DNA from: an uncultured Gemmatimonadaceae bacterium
GTDB lineage: Bacteria > Gemmatimonadota > Gemmatimonadetes > Gemmatimonadales > Gemmatimonadaceae
Assembly: GCA_963817955.1 (NCBI GenBank)
Contig: CAWFQK010000002.1
Coordinates: forward strand, 1,099,326 to 1,163,325
Reading direction: 5' to 3'
DNA: 64,000 nt
Below are positions 20,925 to 31,207 of the stretch, one piece after another; the stretch's first letter is position 1, and every line of letters starts with the position of its first letter. A model generated the notes under the pieces. It was not told where the DNA came from. It saw only the letters and a list, made by a program, of their open reading frames with translations, and ran no database searches. Position numbers and translations under genes: made by a program.

Positions 20925-21210
20925 CCACGCACGCTTCGGCACTCGAAAGTCTTATAGCAGTCGTCGAGGGGTCGTCTCTCGCAGTCGTCTCTCGCAGTCG
21001 TCTGCCCTGACCCGCTTGACACACGTCAGTATCTGAGGATTCGTTTCACCGAAGCGCATCATCCGGCTCGTCGGGCTCTGCAGATTCGTCGCACGAAAGA
21101 CCGTAGGCAGTCGTAGCCGGGTGGTGCGTGTTCCCTCTTCTGCCTACACCGCAGAAGCAGTTTCAACTGGCGCGGAAGACGTGCGACCCGCACCCCTCAC
21201 TCGGCGCAGC
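20925..21210 (-). ncRNA. Putative bridge RNA of IS110 #1
   Basis: Stem CCGGCT/AGCCGG (21063-68, 21115-20) encloses target-matching segments; stem CGCTTCGG/CCGAAGCG (20932-39, 21049-56) encloses CCTCAGATA, identical to the element's right end. RNA ends are approximate. Confidence 0.75.
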
Positions 21211-21297
21211 GGAAGAACTAAAGATAGGACCGTGAAGGATTGTCTCGCCTGGAAGTCTTGGCTGATGCCGTCGTGACGCTCCGATGGTATCGCCCAG

Positions 21298-21360
21298 GTC
21301 GGGATCATCAACGATATCGGCGGAATGCTTGTGGACTCGGCAATCACGGTTCATTCCACC
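21298..21360 (+). pseudogene. Possible N-terminal fragment of a GxxExxY-family gene
   Basis: Translation VGIINDIGGMLVDSAITVHST resembles the GxxExxY N-terminal helix; the rest is absent; lies between the GCAGAG-type inverted repeats. Confidence 0.4.
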
Positions 21361-21390
21361 AATACGCGCTTCCCTCTTCCGTACGCTTAC

Positions 21391-21450
21391 AGTTCTCTCC
21401 TGCAGTTCTCTCGCAGTTCTCTTGCAGTTCTCTGCGTCCTCTGCGTTAAA
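21391..21450 (-). repeat. Right arm of the REP-like inverted repeat array
   Basis: agttctctcctgcagttctctcgcagttctcttgcagttctctgcgtcctctgcgttaaa, complementary to 19504-19545. Confidence 0.8.
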
Positions 21451-21469
21451 AGCTGTTCTATCGGTCACC

Positions 21470-21490
21470 GAGATCCTTCGCTTCGCTCAG
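21470..21490 (+). repeat. REP-type element GAGATCCTTCGCTTCGCTCAG|GATGACA, split by IS110 #2 (remainder at 22730-22736)
   Basis: The rejoined sequence is the reverse complement of TGTCATCCTGAGCGAAGCGAAGGATCTC, a widespread palindromic repeat motif (from recall). Confidence 0.8.
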
Positions 21491-21512
21491 CAACTGTCTT
21501 GAAAGTCAAGGA

Positions 21513-22715
<1,203 letters not shown>

Positions 22716-22815
22716 CTCAGAGATACAAGGATGACAGACAATTCGCCCACTCATTTCCGCGAAGACCCCCCTCTAGGGTAGACGCGCCGGTGTCACCGGA
22801 CCTCCGCGAAGGTCA

Positions 22816-23043
22816 TTAGTTCCTCGTCCCCCGCTTCACGTCAAAGATCACGCTGCGCTTGCACGTGGCGCAGATCAACCATTCGCGCCGCCGCGAGTAG
22901 CCCAACCCGAATGAACCGCCGCCGATGCTGCGGGCGGTGAGTTGCGTACCATCGCGTGGGCAGACCGCCGCGCCGCCGCTCGCGTATGCATCGCGAATCG
23001 CGCGCTCCTCGACCAGCTCGTACTTCGCTGATTCAGCGGTCAT
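22816..23043 (-). CDS. Small zinc-ribbon hypothetical protein
   Basis: CPRDG...CATC; ATGA overlap with the upstream dehydrogenase. Confidence 0.7.
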   Translation of the reverse strand: MTAESAKYELVEERAIRDAYASGGAAVCPRDGTQLTARSIGGGSFGLGYSRRREWLICATCKRSVIFDVKRGTRN

Positions 23044-24077
23044 GAGATCCGCACTACGATTTTGCCGAACTGCGCGCCGCTCTGCAGTCGCTCGAAGGCG
23101 GCCCGTCCGTCGTTGAGCTGATACACGCTATCGATCGGGGGCAGCAACCGTCCCCGTCGCAGTTCGCCGACGACCGCGTCGAAGTCGGCGTCACTGCCCA
23201 TGGTGGAACCGAGAATCGACCACTGATTCCAGAACAGTCGGCGCACATCGGTTTCGACCATCGGGCCTGACGTGGCACCACAGGTCACGAGCCGCCCGCG
23301 CCGACCTAGCGCGCGCAAGGATTGATTCCAGGTCTCTTTGCCAACGTTGTCCACGACAACATCAACGCCACGTTTGCCAGTCTGATCGCGAATCGTGCGG
23401 GCGACGTCCACCTCGTTCCGATTGAGGCATTCGTCGGCACCAAGTCCCGCGGCGCGACGCAACTTCTCGTCACTGCTCGACACCGCCCAGACACGGGCGC
23501 CGAGCTGTTTGCAGATTTGAAGCGCCGCCAACGCCACGCCCCCGCCAATGCCCCAGATCAGCACGCTCTCGCCCGCCCGCACACGTGCGCGCGTCACGAG
23601 CATGCGCCACGCAGTGAGCGTTGCCAGCGTGAAGGCCGCAGCCTGCTCGGGTGAAACGCTGGCCGGCACGGAACGGACGTTCACCGCCGGCACCACGATG
23701 TACTCGGCCATCGTGCCGGGATAATGCTCGCCGAGGATGCCGAACTGCGGACAGAGCGGTTGCTCACCCTCGAGACAATACTCGCAGGTTCGATCACTCA
23801 AACCCGGATTGACGACGACGTAGTCGCCGGCCGAAACGTCCGTCACCTCGGCGCCTACCTGGTCGATGACGCCGCAGGCATCGGCGCCCAGTGTCCACGG
23901 CGGCGTGATGGTAACACCGGGCAAACCCGGTAGGACGAACAGGTCGAGATGATTGAGCGCTGCCGCCTTCACGCGAATGCGCACATCAGTTGGGCGCTGC
24001 ACTTCGGGCGCGGGAATGTCGTCACGCCACTCGATGCGATCGAGCCCACCGTGAGTGGAGATGGTAAGTGCTTGCAT
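23040..24077 (-). CDS. Zinc-binding alcohol dehydrogenase / MDR family oxidoreductase
   Basis: LNHLD, structural-zinc region CEYC...C, GIGGGVA, GATSG, GKIV. Confidence 0.9.
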   Translation of the reverse strand: MQALTISTHGGLDRIEWRDDIPAPEVQRPTDVRIRVKAAALNHLDLFVLPGLPGVTITPPWTLGADACGVIDQVGAEVTDVSAGDYVVVNPGLSDRTCEYCLEGEQPLCPQFGILGEHYPGTMAEYIVVPAVNVRSVPASVSPEQAAAFTLATLTAWRMLVTRARVRAGESVLIWGIGGGVALAALQICKQLGARVWAVSSSDEKLRRAAGLGADECLNRNEVDVARTIRDQTGKRGVDVVVDNVGKETWNQSLRALGRRGRLVTCGATSGPMVETDVRRLFWNQWSILGSTMGSDADFDAVVGELRRGRLLPPIDSVYQLNDGRAAFERLQSGAQFGKIVVRIS

Positions 24078-24134
24078 CACAGGCCGATTATATTGAGTGC
24101 GACGGAAACTAGGCCTCTCTCTGAGTACACGCGA

Positions 24135-25394
24135 ATGTCAGCCATCAAAGTGCCGCCGCTCGGGGAATCGATCGTCGAAGCCACGATCTCACGATGGCTG
24201 AAGAAGGAAGGCGACCGCATTGTCCCCGGCGACACACTGGTCGAGCTCGAGACCGACAAGATCACCGTCGAGGTGCCGGCCATGAGCGCGGGTGTGCTGA
24301 CGAAACGCGCACGGGCCGAAGGGGATGTCGTGAAGGTCGATGATCTCCTCGCCGAAATTGACGAGAACGCTGCCGTCGCGGCCGCCCCGGAGCCTTCCCC
24401 CGCCGCCACCACGATCGCAGCCCCCACGCCGCTGCCAAACGCGCCCGCGGTGCCACGCGACGTTCGTGTCTCACCCGCCGCGCAACGAGTTGCCGCCGAA
24501 CGCGCGACGGACTTGTCGACGGTACAGGGAACCGGACGCGGCGGCGTGGTGAGCAAGCCCGATGTAATCGAGAGTGGCGAGCTGCGAGCTGCGACGCCCA
24601 AGGAACAGCCGAGCGCGAACCTGACGCCGCGTCGTCAAGAAACCAAGCCTACCCCCGCACCGACCGCACCGACCGCACCGGCCGCGCAGCCCGCCAGCGA
24701 GCGCGAGACGCGGGAGAAGATGACGACTCGACGCAAGCGCATCGCCGAGAATCTGCTCGAGTCGCAACACGCGACAGCGCACCTAACGACGTTTAACGAG
24801 ATCGACATGTCCGCCGTGAGCGCGGTCCGCGAGCGGCTCAAGGAACGAGTGGAAAAGGAACACGGCGTGAAGCTGTCGTTCATGCCGTTCTTCGTGAAGG
24901 CAGCATGCCTCGCTCTCAAGGCCTATCCCACGGTCAACGCGCAGGTCGATGGTGACTCGATCGTCTACAAGCACTACGTGAACATGGGTATTGCCGTCGC
25001 GTCGGAAGGCGGCCTGGTCGTGCCGAACGTGAAGGACGCAGACCGGAAGGGGTTGCTCGATATCGCGCGGGACATCACGGGACTCGCGAAGAAGGCGCGC
25101 GAGACCAAACTCACGATGGAAGATCTCACTGGCGGCACGTTCACGATCACGAATGGTGGCGTGTTCGGCTCGCTCCTCTCGACGCCAATCATCAACTATC
25201 CCCAGGTCGGCATCCTTGGTTTGCACAAGACTCAGGATCGGCCCGTGGCGATAAATGGCAACGTCGAAATTCGGCCGATGATGTACACGGCGCTGTCGTA
25301 CGACCATCGCATCATCGACGGACAGAATGCCGTACTGTTCCTGGTGCGCGTAAAGGAATTGATGGAGGATCCGGCGGCCATGTTGGTGGAATAG
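24135..25394 (+). CDS. sucB: 2-oxoglutarate dehydrogenase E2, dihydrolipoamide succinyltransferase
   Basis: Lipoyl domain ETDK, E3-binding [22 protein letters not shown]. Confidence 0.95.
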   Translation: MSAIKVPPLGESIVEATISRWLKKEGDRIVPGDTLVELETDKITVEVPAMSAGVLTKRARAEGDVVKVDDLLAEIDENAAVAAAPEPSPAATTIAAPTPLPNAPAVPRDVRVSPAAQRVAAERATDLSTVQGTGRGGVVSKPDVIESGELRAATPKEQPSANLTPRRQETKPTPAPTAPTAPAAQPASERETREKMTTRRKRIAENLLESQHATAHLTTFNEIDMSAVSAVRERLKERVEKEHGVKLSFMPFFVKAACLALKAYPTVNAQVDGDSIVYKHYVNMGIAVASEGGLVVPNVKDADRKGLLDIARDITGLAKKARETKLTMEDLTGGTFTITNGGVFGSLLSTPIINYPQVGILGLHKTQDRPVAINGNVEIRPMMYTALSYDHRIIDGQNAVLFLVRVKELMEDPAAMLVE

Positions 25395-25439
25395 AGGAAG
25401 TCGGCGCCGCCGCCGGTGACCTCCAGTTACTCTTTCGCC

Positions 25440-26825
25440 ATGAACACTTCTGACGTTGTAATCATCGGCGGCGGGCCGGGCGGCTATGTCGCGGCCCTTC
25501 GCGCGGCACAGCTCGGACTCAACACGGCCTGCGTCGAGATGGATAAGACGCTCGGCGGCACCTGCGTCAATGTCGGCTGCATTCCGTCGAAGGCGCTGCT
25601 CACCTCGTCCGAACATTACGAGTTTGCGCGACACGCGGCGGCGGCGCACGGCATCAAGCTCGGTGACATCGAGCTCGACCTCCGCACCCTGCTCCAGCGC
25701 AAGGACGACGTTGTCGACCAGAATACCAAAGGGATCGAGTTCCTGTTCCGTAAGAACAAGATCACCTGGGCCAAGGGCAAAGGCACGCTACGCCCCGGAA
25801 ACGTCGTGGAAGTCTCCGACGGATCCAGCTATCAGGCGAAGCACGTCATCATCGCCACCGGCTCCGTGCCCATCGAGTTGCCCTTCCTCAAGTTCGACGA
25901 AGAGCGAATCCTCTCGAACGTCGGCGCGCTCAAGATACCCCAGGTGCCCAAGCATCTGATCGTCATCGGCGGCGGTGTGATCGGACTCGAGCTCGGGTCG
26001 GTGTGGAAGCGGCTCGGCGCCGCTGTCACGGTGGTCGAGCTACTCCCTGGAATCTTGCCTGGGATGGATGACGACATAGTCAAGGAAGCGCACAGGGCGC
26101 TGCGCAAACAAGGACTCGACATTCGCACGGGTACGCGGGTGACGAATGGCGGCCGCACTGAGGACGGCGTATTTATCGAAGTCGAGAAGGATGGGACGGC
26201 CGACCGCATCGAGGGCGACTGCGTTCTCGTATCCGTTGGACGCCGACCGGCGACCGGCGGCATCGACGCCACAGCGCTCGGGCTCAACGTCGGCAGGCGA
26301 GGGGAGATTCTCGTCGACGACCAGATGCGCACAAACCTGCCGAACGTCTTCGCGGTCGGCGATTGCGTTCCCGGACCCATGCTCGCGCACAAGGCGGAAG
26401 AGGAGGGCGTCGTTGCCGCCGAAGTGATCGCCGGCAAGCCGATGCACATGCACTACACGTCGATTCCGAGCGTCGTATATACCTGGCCGGAAATCGCGGC
26501 CGTCGGATTGACAGAGCGACAGGTGAAAGAAAGCGGCCGCGCCTACAAGACCGGCAAGTTCCCGTTCTCGGCGAACGGACGTGCACGGTCCATGGGCGAA
26601 ACCGTTGGCTTCGTGAAGTTCATTGCTGACGCAACGACCGACGAACTGCTCGGCGCGCACATGATCGGGCCGAACGTCTCGGAATTGATCGCCGAGGTAG
26701 TGCTTGCGTTCGAGTACAGAGGTTCGTCTGAAGACATCGGCGTGACGGTTCACGCGCATCCGACATTGTCGGAGGTCACCAAGGAAGCGGCGCTCGCCAC
26801 GCTCGGACGCGCGTTGCACATCTAA
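25440..26825 (+). CDS. lpdA: Dihydrolipoamide dehydrogenase
   Basis: GGGPGGY, GGTCVNVGCIPSK, GGGVIG, HAHPTLSE. Confidence 0.97.
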   Translation: MNTSDVVIIGGGPGGYVAALRAAQLGLNTACVEMDKTLGGTCVNVGCIPSKALLTSSEHYEFARHAAAAHGIKLGDIELDLRTLLQRKDDVVDQNTKGIEFLFRKNKITWAKGKGTLRPGNVVEVSDGSSYQAKHVIIATGSVPIELPFLKFDEERILSNVGALKIPQVPKHLIVIGGGVIGLELGSVWKRLGAAVTVVELLPGILPGMDDDIVKEAHRALRKQGLDIRTGTRVTNGGRTEDGVFIEVEKDGTADRIEGDCVLVSVGRRPATGGIDATALGLNVGRRGEILVDDQMRTNLPNVFAVGDCVPGPMLAHKAEEEGVVAAEVIAGKPMHMHYTSIPSVVYTWPEIAAVGLTERQVKESGRAYKTGKFPFSANGRARSMGETVGFVKFIADATTDELLGAHMIGPNVSELIAEVVLAFEYRGSSEDIGVTVHAHPTLSEVTKEAALATLGRALHI

Positions 26826-26826
26826 C

Positions 26827-27309
26827 GTGTCAGGCTACTTTGCCCTCGACCCGCGGCCGCTGCGGCCGGAAGATACGCAAGACTCGCGCGTACTTCTGAT
26901 GGGAGCGCTGGGTATCACCCCATACATCGATCGTGCGATCGAGGTATTGGAACTCGCCGAACGCCGTGACGATCCCGAGCATCGCGCGCTCGTAATCGCG
27001 CGCGATGGAACGATTGCGGGACTCGTGCTCTACGGCGCTATCGCCGGAACCGACGGTGGCGCGCGGCTGCATACCGCGATTCTTGCACCCGGTGTAGACG
27101 TGGACGACGTCGGCGAACGGCTGATGCGCGCCATGTCCACGGCATCGCGAGACGCCGGCGCGCGTTTCATCCTCGCTGAGCTGCCGGATGATCCCGCCAT
27201 CGGCACTGTTCTGACGCTGCTGCGCGACTTCGGCTTTCAGGAAGAAGCGCGCGTACCCGATTTCTACCGCGAAGGCATCGCGCTCACATTTCTCCGACTG
27301 AATCTCTAG
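26827..27309 (+). CDS. GNAT-fold protein with a degenerate acetyl-CoA-binding motif
   Basis: GFQEEARVPDFY C-terminal GNAT motif; similar to the GNAT at 49453. Confidence 0.65.
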   Translation: MSGYFALDPRPLRPEDTQDSRVLLMGALGITPYIDRAIEVLELAERRDDPEHRALVIARDGTIAGLVLYGAIAGTDGGARLHTAILAPGVDVDDVGERLMRAMSTASRDAGARFILAELPDDPAIGTVLTLLRDFGFQEEARVPDFYREGIALTFLRLNL

Positions 27310-27343
27310 CCCGCGATGCGCAGATCGCGAAGAACGCCGAGCC

Positions 27344-27886
27344 TCAGGGCTTGCCGATCGTCGCCTTGACCTGTTCGAGGAATAGCGCCTCTAGGCGTCC
27401 GCTCGTTCCACACGGGAACCGATCGGAGCTGCTGCCGGACATATCCTGACCCATGGGGACGAACGTCGTCTGAACCTTGGTGCCACCGTTCCCGTCGGTC
27501 ACCACGCTCGTCAGCAGCGACATATAGATTCGATAGCTGGCGGCCTTGGGCCCAGTCATTCCGGTGCCACAATCAACTAGCTGCGCCATCGGCTGGCCGT
27601 CGAACTGCCGCGATCGATAAAACATGGGATTGCCGATCTGATGGGCCGCTGGGTTATCGACCGTGAGCGGAATCTCCAGGTCGGCATAGACCTTCCTCAC
27701 GGCGAGCCAGACAGTGGCCGGGGGCGCCGCGATCGTGATGGCGGTGGCGGTGGGACGATCGGCAAGGAGTTGTCCCGTTTCGGCGCTGGAGAAGATCGCC
27801 GCCTGCCGGGGGGTGATTTCCTCTTCGGTGGTATTGCCGGCAGTCGCGCAGCCGCACAGGAGGAGGACAAGGAAGGTACGACGCAT
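27344..27886 (-). CDS. Hypothetical lipoprotein
   Basis: MRRTFLVLLLCGC lipoprotein-type signal. Confidence 0.7.
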   Translation of the reverse strand: MRRTFLVLLLCGCATAGNTTEEEITPRQAAIFSSAETGQLLADRPTATAITIAAPPATVWLAVRKVYADLEIPLTVDNPAAHQIGNPMFYRSRQFDGQPMAQLVDCGTGMTGPKAASYRIYMSLLTSVVTDGNGGTKVQTTFVPMGQDMSGSSSDRFPCGTSGRLEALFLEQVKATIGKP

Positions 27887-27959
27887 GAGAAAATTGGTTG
27901 AGGACGGCACACGATGCAGGAAATTGCAGGAGTTGCAACCCCAACATCATCACATGATC

Positions 27960-29057
27960 ATGACGCCAATTCGATTGCTCTGCTGGACCACCGCCACAGC
28001 GGTCGTCCTCGGCTGCGCACGTACGACGGTGACTCCACAACCGACACCGGGGAGCCGCACAACACTGTCTTCGGCGGTAACTGAAGCGAACGTTCGTGCC
28101 AAGCTATATGTGCTCTCGGCAGACTCTATGGAAGGACGAATGACGGCGGCGCCCGGCGGTGCGCGCGCCGCACGATATATCGCTGCGCAGATGCAGATCG
28201 CGGGACTGCGACCAGGAGGCGACAGCGGGTTCTTCCAGCGTATTCCCGTGTCGGTCGCAGCCGGTGGCACGCCACGCAGCGTCGACAGCTTCGCTACATG
28301 GGACACCATTCCCGTCGCGCGCCGCGGCATGGCGGTGAATGTCATCGGAATTTTGCCGGGCGAGATCGGCGATAGCGCGATCGTCATCGACGCGCATTAC
28401 GACCACCTCGGTCGTGCGCCAGGAGGTCGCTGTCGTCCCGAGGGTGCGGACTCGATCTGCAACGGTGCCGATGACGATGCATCGGGCACTGTCGCCATCC
28501 TCGAGATCGCAAAATCGCTTGCTGCGGGACCAAAGCCGCATCGCACGATTGTCTTTGTGGCAACAACCGGCGAGGAAGTAGGGTTGGTCGGCACGCGATG
28601 GTACATCGCGCATCCCGCTGTGCCGCTCGATCACATGACCGCCAACCTCGAGATCGAAATGATCGACCGCCCGGATTCGCTCGCCGGCGGCGCAGGGCGC
28701 GCCTGGCTCACCGGCTACGATCGCTCATCGATGGGCGATATGTTCGCGGTGGCAGGACTGCCAATTGTACCTGACCGCCGCCCCTGCCAAGGATTTTTCG
28801 AACGCAGCGACAACATTGCGTTTGCGCGCGCTGGCATTCCCGCGCACACGCTGTCCACCTTCGATCTGCACGCCGACTATCACCACGTCAACGACGAAGC
28901 GCAGCTTGCCAACATTCCGCACATGACCGGAGTGATTCGCGGCGCGGTCTCGGCCGTCGATCTGTTGGCGAACGGTCCGTCGCCCAAGTGGTATGACGGC
29001 CGACGGCCGCCGGCGACGGGACGGATCATGGTTCCTGGCTGCTCGCCGGTGCGTTAA
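27960..29057 (+). CDS. M28 family metallopeptidase (probable lipoprotein)
   Basis: DSMEGR, AHYDHLG, NGADDDASG, GEEVG, RSDN, DYH. Confidence 0.9.
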   Translation: MTPIRLLCWTTATAVVLGCARTTVTPQPTPGSRTTLSSAVTEANVRAKLYVLSADSMEGRMTAAPGGARAARYIAAQMQIAGLRPGGDSGFFQRIPVSVAAGGTPRSVDSFATWDTIPVARRGMAVNVIGILPGEIGDSAIVIDAHYDHLGRAPGGRCRPEGADSICNGADDDASGTVAILEIAKSLAAGPKPHRTIVFVATTGEEVGLVGTRWYIAHPAVPLDHMTANLEIEMIDRPDSLAGGAGRAWLTGYDRSSMGDMFAVAGLPIVPDRRPCQGFFERSDNIAFARAGIPAHTLSTFDLHADYHHVNDEAQLANIPHMTGVIRGAVSAVDLLANGPSPKWYDGRRPPATGRIMVPGCSPVR

Positions 29058-29659
29058 GGCAGGCATCCCAGCGCTTGGAGCGCGACTGGTAGTGCCAGTC
29101 GCGCCCACTCGGCGTACATCACGCCCGATGGATGAAGTCCATCACTTGCCGTGAGCGCCGGATCCCCCGACGCGGTACGCGAAACTGGCGTGATGTCGAG
29201 CAAGCGCGCGCCAGCGCGAGCGGTCTCGTCGCGCGCTACTGCATTGAATGCGTCAATGTCCAGCGAGATCCCCTTCCGGTTGCGTCCCGCAGCAAACGGC
29301 GTCACGCTCCAATCGGGAATTGAAAGCACGATCACGCGAGATGCACGGGATGCTGCGTACGTGACCGCGTGCGCCAGCAACGCGCAGAATTGCGTTTGGA
29401 ATTCGTCGATTGGCCGACCGCGGTATTGGTTATTCACGCCGATGAGCAGCGTCACCAGGTCGTAGGACCGGGCCAATCGCGCCGCGTGGATTCCTGCCAA
29501 TAACTCGTCCGTCGCCCAGCCCGTCCGCGCAACGATCGATGGATCCGCGACGGAAATGCCGCATGTGCGCAGCATCGCGACAAGGCGCGCGGGCCATCCC
29601 TCATCGGCGGGAACAGCTTCGCCGATTGTGTATGAATCGCCGAGACACAGGATGCGCAC
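29054..29659 (-). CDS. SGNH/GDSL hydrolase
   Basis: LGDSY, TGW, GVNN, DGLHP. Confidence 0.92.
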   Translation of the reverse strand: MRILCLGDSYTIGEAVPADEGWPARLVAMLRTCGISVADPSIVARTGWATDELLAGIHAARLARSYDLVTLLIGVNNQYRGRPIDEFQTQFCALLAHAVTYAASRASRVIVLSIPDWSVTPFAAGRNRKGISLDIDAFNAVARDETARAGARLLDITPVSRTASGDPALTASDGLHPSGVMYAEWARLALPVALQALGCLP

Positions 29660-29887
29660 CTAGGACTTCGGTGGCTTCTGGTGCTCCTCGGCGCGGGCAT
29701 TCTGCCCCATCACCAAACGGAGTTGTGAGAGAAACCGGGCGGGCCCCGCGTCATTCGGCAGTTCGGAGAGTGCCCGCATCACGTCGTGCTGACTCACCGC
29801 CAAGCCGGCGCTGAGCGTATTCGGATCGACGCCGACGCGTTCGAATTCGTGGAGCAGATGGGAAAAACGTTCAGCTTGCCTAGACAT
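29660..29887 (-). CDS. Small hypothetical protein
   Basis: GAGG upstream of the ATG; the stop abuts the SGNH start. Confidence 0.55.
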   Translation of the reverse strand: MSRQAERFSHLLHEFERVGVDPNTLSAGLAVSQHDVMRALSELPNDAGPARFLSQLRLVMGQNARAEEHQKPPKS

Positions 29888-30002
29888 GCTGCCCTCGGAT
29901 AGCTGTCCCCTTGAAGGTTCACCGGACACGCGTCCGCGTCAACGCTGAGACCGCTGCGCAAGGTGCGTTCCGCTACGGCAGTGGGTTGAGGAACTAACGG
30001 AA

Positions 30003-30042
30003 AACAGAACGGCCGGCTCCGAAAGGAGCCGGCCGTTCTGTT
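30003..30042 (-). terminator. Intrinsic terminator after the anti-sigma gene
   Basis: Perfect 18-bp stem AACAGAACGGCCGGCTCC-gaaa-GGAGCCGGCCGTTCTGTT; T-run on the minus strand. Confidence 0.85.
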
Positions 30043-30057
30043 CTGGAAGGCAAGCTC

Positions 30058-30510
30058 TTAGTGCGCCGCAGCCATGAAGACCGCGGTGACCGCAGCGACC
30101 ACTGCCACGAGGGCAGTGGTTGCAGCGAGGGCCGTAACAGGCGTCACGACGAACTCTCGGCGCCACCAGGGCGTAATGACCTGGGGGACGGTTTGTGGCA
30201 GCGCTTCCATGATGCGCGCCTCGAGATACGTCGGCGTGTGCATGCGGCGGCGGCGCTCGACTTCGACATTGATGTGTTTCCAGAACTCCACGTCTCGAGC
30301 CGTATCGCCCTTGCGGACGCTCGCCTCGGGAAGTTCGCCATCCAGCCACGCATGCAGCGCCGGCGCTAACACACGGGCATCCTGCTCCTGATGACCCAGC
30401 GGCACTTCTCGATCGGCAAGCGGGCGCTGGTTTTCGCTGCGCCGCGCAGGCCGAACTTGGTGACCGTCGAACCCGCCAAGGCCGTCATCGGAGCGGAGAT
30501 CGTCTACCAT
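30058..30510 (-). CDS. Putative anti-sigma factor (single C-terminal TM helix)
   Basis: Directly follows the ECF sigma; LHAWLDGEL anti-sigma-like motif. Confidence 0.7.
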   Translation of the reverse strand: MVDDLRSDDGLGGFDGHQVRPARRSENQRPLADREVPLGHQEQDARVLAPALHAWLDGELPEASVRKGDTARDVEFWKHINVEVERRRRMHTPTYLEARIMEALPQTVPQVITPWWRREFVVTPVTALAATTALVAVVAAVTAVFMAAAH

Positions 30511-30511
30511 G

Positions 30512-31093
30512 TTAGGCGTACTTTTCCTCAAGGAGTGCTTGGAGAGCTTCACGCGCGCGATGTACGCGCATCTTCAGCGCTCCGACCGTAGTACCGAGCA
30601 GATCAGCCATCTCCTCGTAGGAGCGGCCTTCTACGTGCTTCATGACGAACGCCTCGCGCAGGGATGCTGGTAGCGTCGTGAGTGCAAGGTCCAGATCACT
30701 GCGCAATTCGGTTCGGTCAAGTTCTTCATCTGGGGTCGCATACGCCGACGGTTGATCGTCTTCGTCGTAGCTCAGATGGGACCGGCGGATGTTCTTCAGC
30801 CAATCTTTGCAGCCATTGGCGACAATTCGGAACACCCAAGCATCGAAGCGACCGCGCACCTCCGCGAGATGCTGGTACGCCTTGATGAAGCTCAGCTGCA
30901 GGATGTCTTCGGCCACGTCCGGACTGCCGGTCATGCACAACGCATGTCGGTAGAGCGGGTCGCTATAGCGGGAAATCAGGACTTTGAACGAGTCGCGATT
31001 CCCACTCAGTACGCGCTGAATGATGAGTTGATCGGTGTTGTCCTGATCAACCAGGATCTGATCAGCCCGCAGGGCTGCTTCCGTCGTCTTCAC
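30512..31093 (-). CDS. ECF RNA polymerase sigma factor
   Basis: AEDILQLSF, FDAWVFRIVAN, LP..LREAF, SYEEMA, KMRVHRAR; start codon uncertain. Confidence 0.92.
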   Translation of the reverse strand: MKTTEAALRADQILVDQDNTDQLIIQRVLSGNRDSFKVLISRYSDPLYRHALCMTGSPDVAEDILQLSFIKAYQHLAEVRGRFDAWVFRIVANGCKDWLKNIRRSHLSYDEDDQPSAYATPDEELDRTELRSDLDLALTTLPASLREAFVMKHVEGRSYEEMADLLGTTVGALKMRVHRAREALQALLEEKYA

Positions 31094-31207
31094 GACAACA
31101 GAGTAACGCACTTTCCGCGCTTCGGACAGGGCGCTAGCCCTGCCGTCATGCTCCAGGAGGCTTGTCACGTTGGTATGACGAAAACACAGCGCGACGGGTA
31201 ACAACGG

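Larger units (their letters stand above)
19546..21225 (-). mobile_element. IS110-family insertion sequence #1 (about 1.68 kb), flanked by a CT core (plus-strand AG at 19544-45 and 21226-27)
   Basis: DEDD recombinase; removing the element restores a continuous repeat (...gaactgcagAGgaccgtgaag); joining its ends gives TTGACG-N16-TATCTT. Confidence 0.85.

Noticed and set aside
20879..21022. N-terminal extensions of both IS110 ORFs (also 22485-22688)
   Set aside because: They precede the conserved first DEDD strand and overlap the structured non-coding ends; downstream ATGs have ribosome-binding sites.
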